This document shows positions 12,320 to 22,025 of a stretch of DNA of 33,693 bases, piece after piece. Both the position numbers and the translations under genes were made by a program. Position 1 is the first letter of the stretch. The number at the start of each line of letters is the position of its first letter. Location: positions 107,854,625-107,888,317 of the forward strand of contig NC_068982.1 in assembly GCF_001194135.2 (NCBI RefSeq). Reading direction: 5' to 3'. Under the pieces are notes generated by a model, which worked only from the letters and a program-made list of their open reading frames with translations, did no database searches and was not told the origin of the DNA. Source of the DNA: Octopus bimaculoides. Its lineage: Eukaryota.

Positions 12320-12405
12320 TCCGGGCCAGCCCGCGGAATGTTTTTTTTTCCCACGAGAGTTCCAGACCCCAGTCATGAACTCATTTGTGTATAGCCAATC
12401 AGAGC
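12320..12405. promoter_or_regulatory. Possible promoter-type segment (CCAAT box next to a small CpG-containing patch)
   Basis: AGCCAATCAGAG at 12393-12404 matches the NF-Y consensus; CCGGGCCAGCCCGCGG at 12321-12336 lies in non-repeat DNA. Motif evidence only. Confidence 0.25.
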
Positions 12406-12963
12406 ACAACTATCAAATTAATTTTATGAGCGCATAACAAGTGATGGGCGATAAGATAAGGGCTTTTGGATAAGGAATGACTATGCTTCTTTTCTCTTTT
12501 AAAAATGCTTGTTGTTCTTGTTCTTGTTTCAACCATGGCTGCCTCTGCGTAGTTATTTGTGTTGTTGTTTACTTGGTAAAACAGTAAGGGGAGAGGCTTG
12601 CTAGCACATCACTCTCTACCCACATTTTTCCCATCCACATCTTTACCATATGTGGCCTTAACAAAATCCGATAATAGGTATAGATGGAAATCTATCTAAT
12701 TACTTGTCTCCTTCTAAAATCAGGTATAAACTTGATGATCGGTCAAATTGCAACACCGTTCATCGTTTTGAGTTTACTTGGTAGAGTGTGTTTGTTAACT
12801 TGACAACAAGGTCAAGGTGAGCTCTGATTGACTGTAAGCAAAGGAATTCATTACTGGGGTCCGGAACTCTTGTGGGAAAAAAATTTCGCAAAAAGAAAAA
12901 CTAAAAAACACATGGTGCCCCGGGCAACTGCCCGAGTTGTCGGTACCTTGAGCTGTCAGCACA

Positions 12964-13359
12964 CTCTTACTCTTTTACTTGTTTCAGTCATTTTGACTGC
13001 GGCCATGCTAGAGCACCGCCTTTAGTCGAGCAAATCGACCCCAGGACTTATTCTTTGGAGGCCTAGTATTTATTCTATCGATCTCTTTTGCCGAACCGCT
13101 AGGTTACGAGGACGTAAACACACCAGCATCGGTTATCAAACGATGTCGGGGGGACAAACACACACACACAAACATACCCACACACATACATATATACGAC
13201 GGGCTTCTTTCAGTTTCCGTCTACCAAATCCACTCACAAGGCTTTAGTCGGCTTGAGGCTCTAGTAGAAGACACTTGCCCAAGGTGCCACGCAGTGGGAC
13301 TGAACCCAGAACCATGTGGTTGGTGAGCAAGCTACTTACCACACAGCCACTCCCGCGCC
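12964..13359 (-). mobile_element. Near-complete tRNA-derived SINE (family 1, octopus OK/OR-type; exact name not assigned)
   Basis: Minus-strand head GGCGCGGGAGTGGCTGTGTGGTAAG (A-box) and GGGTTCAGTCCC (B-box), CCTTGGGCAAGTG core, internal TG tract and (AAGAGT)n-like tail. Confidence 0.85.
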
Positions 13360-13404
13360 TATAGAAAATAATAATAAACATGTTTTAATCAACTATTTTA
13401 TTTT

Positions 13405-13608
13405 GGTTTCAAATCTTGGTACAAAACACAGGGAGGAGTAAGTCAATTACATCCACCCCAGTGCTCAAATGGAACTCATTTTATCAACTCCGAAAAGATG
13501 AAAGGCAAAGTTAACCTCGGCGGCATTTGGACTCAGAATGTAGAACACGGTCGAAATGCCGTTAAGCATTTTGCGCGACGTGCTAAAGATTCTGCCAGCA
13601 CGTTGCCT
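13405..13608 (-). mobile_element. tRNA-derived SINE (family 2), diverged
   Basis: Co-linear with 26161-26391 (GATGAAAGGCAAAGT..CCTCGGCGG..TTTG(A/G)ACTCAGAA..CTGCCAGC). Confidence 0.8.
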
Positions 13609-14753
13609 CAATCAACTAGTTTATAGAGTCAAGAATTTGGATCTGAATGAATGAGAAAGAGGTCACAAAAACGCCCAAACTATGTTGGTTGGTTTATCTG
13701 TTTTACTTACATTTTTGTTTTTTCATATTGAATGTTTATTTCATTGCAAAAAGATAAAAACGACAATATAAACGAGTAAGAAAAATAAAATTTCAGGGGT
13801 AGCAGAATAAAATATTGAAAAAAAAAAAAAAAAAAAGGTGATAAGTATTGCCAAAGTTTTATTTATTTTAATAAAGAAAATAATACGATTGTGACATCAA
13901 CAACTACCTCGCGGTAATAGACATCTTGTGTGAAAACGTCCCACTTTGGAATGAATCATTGTCAAACAAGGTGCAGCAAAAATGTTTTGTAAAACGAAAC
14001 AATAAACCAATCAAAAGAGGTGAAACGTCGAGTAAGAAAGAAAACAAAACCTACTGTTATTAATCAGAGATTTGTATGTCATAACAAAGTGCCAACACAC
14101 GAAACTCTCGGACCTTGAGTCATGTTGTTACTTCTGCTAAATGTTAATAAAAATATACATATACTCATATTTTGAGTATATATGCACCAACATGTATATA
14201 GATATAAGTTTGAAATACTACTTTATCAATACATACATACACACACACGCACACACATATACATACATACATACATACGTGTGTGTATTGATAAGGTGGT
14301 TGTTAAAACTTTTTCAGTGTCAACAACATATAAACAGTTCTCTGACGTATCTGTCACTGCACGCACGTACACACGACACTCACACACAAGGAAGTATGCA
14401 GATTCATACAAGACATACACGAAGAGTAGCAGCAACATGTGGGTGCTACCCAGTATTCCGTGATGATAAAGCTCACAGAATAAAGGTCATTTGACTATAT
14501 ATGGTAAAATGCCGTACGATTTAAGCTGACTCACTAAAGGCAAGAAGAGATAGCCGAGGTAGCGTGAAATTCCAGCTTATCAGCTGGCATTTGGGAACCT
14601 AACTGACTAAATATATAGTTAATGGTCGCTGGCAGGCAGGCAGGCGAAGGTGTGGACACAATGATGTAATTAGTGTGACCACTGGCTTTTGATGACACAC
14701 GGCTTGTTACACCGTTCTTCTTCCTTTCCTGTTGGCTTTCCCTTCTTCCGCAG

Positions 14754-14798
14754 GTTCATTTATTAATGCCATAGACAGTCGCAAGCTCGTGTTTGGAG
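14754..14798 (+). CDS. Candidate 45-nt phase 1-1 coding exon of an unidentified host gene (GSFINAIDSRKLVFG)
   Basis: ~40-nt pyrimidine tract ending CCGCAG at 14753 and donor GAG|GTGGGT at 14799. Only one frame is open and the length is a multiple of 3. Confidence 0.55.
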
Positions 14799-16009
14799 GT
14801 GGGTTGTAAACATACAAATACATACATACATACATATATACATACATATGCATATAAGATGTGTATTAATTATGCACTACACTGTAAGTCTAGACTAAAA
14901 TTGTATGTTCATAAAACATATATCTCGCATTGTTTCAAACTTTTGAAAAAATGTAGATTATTAAATATAACAACTTCACTTGTAGATCATTATTAATTGA
15001 TTAGTTAACTAACTAACTAACTAACTAACCATTTTGTCATCTAATGTAATTACATGCAAATTAGATGGACCAGTTTAGCTGTGTCCGAGTTGTATATATT
15101 TTAAATTGTTATAAGCTCGGTAGGAGCTTCAGTTGGACAATAAATGTGTATTCTTTGTTTTGATAAACCAAGAACACTACAAACTGGTCAATCAAATCGT
15201 TCATACATTTTCTGTTCACGGAGAGATTAAAAAAAAAAAAACTATAGTGTTAAGAAACAACTTTGTTTACTTATCCATAATGGTATGTGCTTTATTAACA
15301 TATCATTAAAGTTCCGGTTATCAATTAATTATGTGTGTGTATGTATGTGTGTGTGTGTATGTGTGAGAGAGTGAGAGTTTAATGTAAATATTACATTAAA
15401 TTTTTCATTTACATATATTTCATAATATGATTACTTGGTTGTTCAGCGGAACTTTAATCCTATATTAGTAACGCGGACACAATAGTTTTAATAGCATATC
15501 AGACGACATGCGATAAAGATAGTTTTAATAAACATGAATAACAGTTATCTCGACTTGTAACAAGTACTTCAAGTTATAACAGAGATATAATTCTAAAATA
15601 GAGGTGACACTTGAGATATGATTTAGCCAGTGGGCACACAAGAAGCCACATACTGCTTCACTTTGCAACGTATTTCAATCTCGCCTGTTCTCATATTTTA
15701 ACTATCCTGTGTATTTTAATTAATGTGCAGACGATGGGGCAAGATATGAAATCCGGAAGTGAAATCTCAAAAAAACTTGTTACAGACTTTAAGACTCCTC
15801 GTTCTTGTGATTCTGAACCAACACACAAAAAATTGTATTGGTATACGTTGTAGCAATAATGGTAGTAGTGAGGGTTATAACAATATCGTACTGTTTATTA
15901 ACATATTTCTGACATTCCATATGTCAAAATTACTTACCTTTTCAAAATCTCCTTAACAATACTAATTAGTATTATAACTACTGTTGTTGTAATCACTAAG
16001 GATAAAAGC

Positions 16010-16170
16010 TCTGGAGAAAACGTCTACAGCGCTTGACCTGTCAGAAAAAGCAGCCCAGTCTCATTTGAATCACAAAATCATGTAATCCTAATGAAGACGA
16101 GATAATAGCAGTTGGTACACTCTTGATTTTTAGTTCTGCTCAATCAGACCTGACCTGGGGCTAAACAATC
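16010..16170 (+). mobile_element. Degenerate retroposon 3' end (CTGGGGCTAAACAA-type)
   Basis: TGACCTGTCAGAAA..GCAGCC..AAATCAC..GACCTGGGGCTAAACAA; related to 16945-17100 and 18960-19027. Confidence 0.45.
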
Positions 16171-16944
16171 GTCTCTATTGCAACAGTCTCTACTGATTCC
16201 ACTGCTAATACCGCTACTATCATTGCTGCTGTCACTACTGCTGATGATAGAGCGGCAGCTATAACATCGCTTATTAGAAACAACGAGAGGAAAAAACTAT
16301 AAAAAAAAAAAAACATGACAATTATTGCGACCATTACTCTGGGGCAATCTCTTCGTACAAGTGATCAGATTTCAGAGACGTTTGCCAAATAACAGCCGGA
16401 AGTGGTCTGTAAGGAATGAAATTAAAATAGATGCTTTATTTTTATTGTAAACACAAAGGAAATCAATATTAGTTTTAATTCTATTGCAAACATAAAGAAA
16501 ATCGATATTAGCTTATAAACAAGGAAAAGAAAAATCGTATTTAACTTCACCTTAGCACCGTAGGGAGTAACACTGTGGGCTGATGGCGAGGGCATGTCTA
16601 AGGGACACCTGTTCAGAAAAATCAGTGAAATATGGGTAAATCAGCTTAGAAGTCTAATGTCCGTTATTCTTTTTTCTTCGTTGATATCATCAACATTGTC
16701 GTCAACGTTATCCTTATTGTCATCTTTTCGTAGTCCCTATCATTATTTGAAATTAGAAGCCATTATTTTCCTCCATCCCCACCACCAACATCACCACAAC
16801 TCTCCCCTTTCTTCCCTTCCCCTCCTCTTCCTCATGATCATCATTGTCATCATTATCATCATTATCAGCACAACCACAATCACCAACAAATCTGATGAAT
16901 CAACGAGGAATCTTCTGTTTGGTCTCACAACCTACTAGAAATAG

Positions 16945-17100
16945 TAGTGAAATATTCCTCGAGTTACTCTGATACCTTAAGAAAGGATAAATTGGACGAT
17001 GTGATCCTTGATATACAAAAGAAGCGATAGTCATGGTTGGAACTCCACTTAAAATCGATCTATTTGACAGGACATGAGCTTGGGGTTAAACAACAACAAC
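16945..17100 (+). mobile_element. Degenerate retroposon 3' end with (AAC)n tail
   Basis: Ends GAGCTTGGGGTTAAACAACAACAAC, similar to 16010-16170. Confidence 0.45.
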
Positions 17101-17295
17101 TCATCCGTTACCATCATGCACAATATGAGATGGATGCATTTCCCCAATCTTGTTGCTAATGTAAAGCCACAGGTCAATATTGACTGAGAAGACAGATGAT
17201 CTAAAATATTTCAACAGTGACTATCTCGTTTATTTATTTATTTATTTTAGAGTTATGTAGGACTACATTATCTAAAGTATCCCTTCCTCATTTAG

Positions 17296-17435
17296 GGGCT
17301 AACTGGTAGAGAATCGTTTGATCATGGAACAAATTGCATGGCAGGATTTACTCTGGAGTACTGAGTTGAAATCCTGTCGAAATCGACTTTACTTTTCATA
17401 CCTTTTTGGGGACGTTGAAGGAAGGTACCAGCTCA
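17296..17435 (+). mobile_element. Highly diverged tRNA-derived SINE (family 2)
   Basis: ACTGGTAGAGAATCGTT..CTGAGTTGAAATCC..TCGACTTT..TTTCAT..GGGG..GTACCAG, co-linear with the 28419-28625 copy. Confidence 0.6.
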
Positions 17436-17766
17436 GAGGATTGGCAGCAATATTTGTTCCAGCTCTTTAACGATTATTGAAGCTGTAGCAAGCACGTTCA
17501 CAGTTTGGCCCTTTACTTTTAAGTACCCACATTTCGGCTCATCACTTGATGGTCGAGTCCATCTTGCTTTACGCGGACTGTCCATCCCATCACGTGACAG
17601 ACCAACCTAGCGCACCACCCTCAGCTATATAGGGAAGCTTTTCCCACTATTTCTTCAGCGAGGTGGGTCGACACGGTGAAGATCGGATCTTCGGCAGAGA
17701 AAGCAGTTACTTCGCAGGCAACCTCAGCTAACCTTTGACACATACGTTGTTCCTGTCCTCCTGCAG

Positions 17767-17778
17767 AAGTTATGTCTC
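17767..17778 (+). CDS. Candidate 12-nt frame-preserving microexon (AAGTTATGTCTC)
   Basis: Branch-point-like CTAAC at 17728-17732, pyrimidine tract TTGTTCCTGTCCTCCTGCAG, consensus donor GTAAGT at 17779, downstream GCATG (17804) and TGCATG (17829). Confidence 0.55.
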
Positions 17779-18959
17779 GTAAGTATTTTTCTTGTTCCAT
17801 CCAGCATGCATCATCATTATGTACCATCTGCATGTTAAACTATCGTGTTGTAGTAATTTCATTTAGGCATAGAGTAGATTCGAACCTGCATCAGAAAATT
17901 TCTCATAATATTCCAACATCACTTTTCTCACTGAGAAACAATGGTTGACAGCAAGTTACATTTAGCATATGGATTTGCCAACCGATTTATGTCTTTACCA
18001 CTTAACCCTTTTGACTTCTTCTATTTCACCAAAAATTGAATTGGGATAATGAACCCCCAACAATATGTATCTCCTTCTAATTGATTTTGTATAATTATAA
18101 ATACTAGAACTCTGTAAGCCAAAATCAGTTGGTGAACGGAGACGACTACAGATGGCCACTTGAGACAAACGGCCAGAGGGAGAAAGTTTCAATCAGCCAC
18201 TATTAGGCATACAATTTCCCTCGACTCTCTAACTTTCACTAGCTCACTTTCTTTTCTCTACAACATAACCCTATCTCTATCTGTGGTTTACTACCACACA
18301 ATGACGAGTACACAAACACATCAATTCAAGGAAAACTTACGATATCTTTCTTATTCCCCGCACGCTTTACGAATTATATTATTCATACCGGCCCGTCGTG
18401 GTTTTGGCTATATACAAAGTAACGGTAATAAATATTTAACAACATCGATCACCGTTCTTCTTTCATCTTGCACAACTGGCAACCAACGTCTATAAGATTT
18501 GCCGTTACATTGGTGAACCAACACCTAAAGACATTACCGTTACAGTGTATATATTCTGACCGTTCCTTCAATATGCATCTCTACAGCTTTGCTGTCTTAA
18601 CACCTTTTAACAGGTTGAATAAATCGTCGCACTTAATCCTGGTTTCCTCGTTCTTCTTTTATCTACACACACAGCCTTACTCAAACCAGCATTATTTATC
18701 AACTTCAACCTTCAGTTGTTAAAAAAGTCCTTGCGTTGTCGGTTTAATCCATCATCCGGTTTAACACCACCACATTGTCCTGGTATGACTTTAGAACGCT
18801 TTACTTAGTTGCAAGCATTCGGGTTGGGTTTCTGGCTTGAAGATAACTTCTTCCTTTTTACCACCAGTCACCAAAATCCTGAAAGAAAAAATAGGGGATA
18901 GGGATCACTGGCCCTGTCCTCTGCTTCTCCTGAGTAAACAGTGAAAAAAAAAAAACATT

Positions 18960-19027
18960 TGGGTGTGATTTGAGAGAGATTTGACTTCTATCGATGGCAT
19001 ATCAAGTGACCACGTAGAGGTTCCCTC
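18960..19027 (-). mobile_element. Short retroposon 3'-region fragment
   Basis: Reverse complement AAATCTCTCTCAAATCACACCC, preceded by CTACGTGGTCACTTGA, resembles the 16010-16170 segment. Confidence 0.4.
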
Positions 19028-19169
19028 ATTGGTTCGTCTTCAACATCGCCATTCATAACGGTTCTTGTCTCGTATTATAAGTAAGTCTAAGATTTGACTT
19101 AATATCTTTGTCCAATATCAGCTATCGCAGTGGCGAAGAATGGAGAGGGTTATAGACGCCCTACATTCT

Positions 19170-19530
19170 CTGTTTTTACTTTCACATACTGGATCATGAA
19201 TATTGGGTAATGACCGAAAGAATTCGATCGCGAATTCAAGCGGCCGAAATGGAGTTCCTCCGAAAGATCTCTGGGGTAATGTTACTTGTCAGAATGCGTA
19301 ACTCGAAGAGCAAGGAGTCTTTCTAGGTCGAGTCACTCCTTTTCTGCACTGAGCAATCACAGTTCTTGTACTACGGACATGTGATTAGAATGTCGCAAGA
19401 CAAATTCTTCAAGCGAAGCCAACCGGCCGAAAACCAAGAGGTAGACCAAGAACGAGATGGTTGAATAATATCCATAGTCTCAGTTGGCCACGTTTGGAAA
19501 TCTAGCCAGAAAGTCTAATGGCAATTGCTT
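19170..19530 (+). pseudogene. Rex3-like RTE LINE C-terminal remnant
   Basis: Reads HEYWVMTERIRSRIQAAEMEFLRKISG..VESLLF..EQSQF..YGHVIRM..TGRKPRGRPRTRW, matching the Rex3/RTE block YGHELWVMTERTRSRIQAAEMSFLRR..GRRPRGRPRTRW. Confidence 0.75.
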
Positions 19531-19534
19531 CTAA

Positions 19535-19880
19535 TAGGTTCAGCGGAGGAGGTGCCTGAGGACTCTCCCTTCCATGAATACTGGGTAGAGAAGATGGAGG
19601 AAGAGGCAGTGTTCATGACTTTTGAAGGCTCTCTTAGACCAGTGAGATTGACACCATTAATGTCCTTGAATTTTAGTAAGTCAGCATTTGTAGGAAGATA
19701 TGAGCAGGGATGGAATTCCAGAGGGCTGGCGCTTTTTTGGAAGGAAGGACATATCATAGTAATTAGCATAGAGTATGGGATGGGCATAACGGGGGTGACG
19801 AGAGGAGAGACGAGTTAGAGATTGTCTGAGTAGAGTAAGCACGAGCCCAGCCAGCTTTTGAGAGCAGAAACCATTACAGT
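19535..19880 (-). pseudogene. CR1/L2/Jockey-group LINE ORF2 C-terminal remnant
   Basis: Minus strand across a frameshift reads RYCNGFCSQKLA..TRLSSRHP..SFLP..LWNSIP..DLLKFK, matching the YRY.HG.CS.EL..SFFP....LWNSLP....L..FK block. Confidence 0.6.
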
Positions 19881-20699
19881 AACGATACTTAATTCTTCGT
19901 TGAATACACACCTATATTTCAATTAAACAAACTATTATTCGTACTTATACTGTTACTAGTATGCATATAGTATACTAGTAACCGCACAAAAATACATGGT
20001 TTGCGAAAATATTAAGTCAACATGTATTAGAAGGAAGATTTTTCAGAATTTTTACTGTTTATCAAATTAGCCAAAAACATGTTTTATAAAAGTGCGATGT
20101 CAGTATAAGCATTGACAATTTTCTTGTCCAAAATCTCACCATGTTAAAGTTGTTTGAAATTATGTATGAGTTTATAAGTAATATAATTAATAGATACCAT
20201 GCCATATCGTTGCAATTCCACTGAGCGTACAAAGATAAAAATCTATAAAAATACGAGTCAGGCTAGAAAGTTGAATGATCTAGCTAAATTATATTACTTT
20301 TTGTGTTTTAAAAATAGTTGACAGTAATTGCTATAATAAAAGTCACTCGTTCACTCAAATTTAATGGAATACATGCAAAATAAATAAGTAAATAAATAAA
20401 TAAAAGAAATAAAGAGAAGAAAAGAAAAAATAGAATCATTAGCCAGTGTTTTTGAGGTTAATTCAGTTAAGTGTTAATAATACTATAGGTCTGAAAGGGT
20501 TAAAATCTTTAATTTACCGTGGTTAATACAATTAAATAAAATGTTGAATGTCCGCCGGGAAAACGTCTTGTTTTGATTCAGTGACTAGAATAACATAATT
20601 AGAGAATTTTAGATATGCCCAATTTCAAATACGCAAGTAATACACATTGCTACTTTTTGTTCAGCAAAAACCAACAAAACTTAGTGATTTCTGTTCATT

Positions 20700-21960
20700 G
20701 GATAAGAGAAACAGGCTGGAAGCACAGCTGAGTGAACTGGAGCAACGTGAAATAAAAAAAATGTTTTGCACAAGGACATAACGTACCGCCAGGAATTTCA
20801 CTCGCAGTGGTTTCAGGAAGGAACTCCTGATACTGGCGAGAGCAAGAGAGCCATGGAAGGAGATGAAAGGAGAGGTCAAGGAAGGGAACTGCATTCCTGC
20901 CTAATCCCCTACAAATTGATGAAGCATCTCCCCTGTTAGAAGAGGACCAGTCAATTGACCTGTTCCAAGGATGTCATTAACGAGCACTTCTCAAATGTTT
21001 ACAGCGATAATGAGAGACTAACTACTGGCCTCATACAAGGCACTTATGATATCACCAGAACCAACGATGATATTCAATTTGGAAAGGCCTTGCTCTAGAG
21101 AAGTGAGAGAAGTAGTAAGAAAGGCAAAAACTAATTATGCACCAGGCCCAAGTGGAGTCCATAAAAGAGCTATAAGAACTGTCCAATGCTATACTATCGG
21201 CTTTGGACGGCCCTGAAGATGATTTGGAGGTGAGTGATGGATACCCTGTCATGGAAAAATGCAAAAGGGATACACATACCCCATAGAGGAGAGAGCTGAG
21301 GATATAGGCCAATTTCACGTCATCTCTTTGCTCGGCGTAGAGAGCATGATTTTTCAGCATTGTGTCAAAGAGGTTTTCTACTGAACAATAGATACATCCA
21401 TACGTCGGCACAGAAGGGAAGCAAACCTAGAGTCTCTGGTTGCCTTGAACACACAGGCGCGATGACTCAGCTCAACAGGTAGGTACGACAGCAAAAACAA
21501 AAAAAGACTTAGATGTGTTGTGGCTAGACCTGGCCAATACCTATGGCTCGATATCACTCACGCTGGTTAAAGCTGTAGTAGAAAAACACCATGTAGTCCA
21601 GAAAGTAAAAGGCCTCATAATGGATAAAATCAGCAAGTTCAGGTTAAAGATTTTCTCTAGACTGTTGACATTTGAACAGCACCAACAAGAAGTGGAGATA
21701 ATTTTAGCGTCATCTCAGTATCTCTCTTTGCATTGGCAATGAACACGTTGGTCAAGTCAGCAGAGAAAGAGTGCTGGTGTCCTGTCAGTAACAGAAAGTA
21801 AGACAACCGCTCATCAGAGCTTTCATGGATTATCATACGGTGACAATAACAACAGTGCAGGGGTTAGGTTTATAGTATGAAGCCTGCAAAGTCTTGGTGC
21901 ATAGTTTTGAAGTAAGCAAATTTCACCAACGCAAAGAACAATCAGCGTAACCACTCTATT
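20700..21960 (+). pseudogene. R2-superfamily (HERO-like) non-LTR reverse transcriptase remnant
   Basis: Frameshifted motifs in order: AFLPNP..LTCSKDVINEHFSNVYSD, APGPSGV..YKNCP, GQF..ISLLGVE, SAQKG..SGCLEHTG, VLWLDLANTYGSI, LVKSAEKEC..IRAFMD, KPAKS. Confidence 0.75.
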
Positions 21961-22025
21961 TCTGAAGTTTGAACAAGATCTTGGTCAGAATTGTATACCA
22001 AATTAGTATCTAGATTTACTAAAAT

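Noticed and set aside
12913-12960. GGTGCCCCGGGCAACTGCCC, resembling a hAT-MITE subterminal motif
   Set aside because: Single degenerate end, no TSD.
14754-14798. Loose resemblance of GSFINAIDSRKLVFG to Na/Ca-exchanger cassette exons (GGFTIT/GKYLFG)
   Set aside because: Too short to be significant, and no flanking NCX exon is visible, so no gene name is assigned.
15731-15842. Acceptor at 15730 with possible donors at ~15759 or ~15841, and CCGGAAGTG
   Set aside because: Weak tract and donors, several incompatible readings, no support for choosing one.
17621-17833. Minus-strand 70-aa ORF in the GC-richer island
   Set aside because: No recognisable homology or splice signals on that strand; the plus-strand microexon explains the island better.
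18002-20503. Possible 2.5-kb piggyBac element between TTAACCCTTT (18002) and AAAGGGTTAA (20494-20503)
   Set aside because: Ends match only over ~6-10 bp and no transposase remnant was found.
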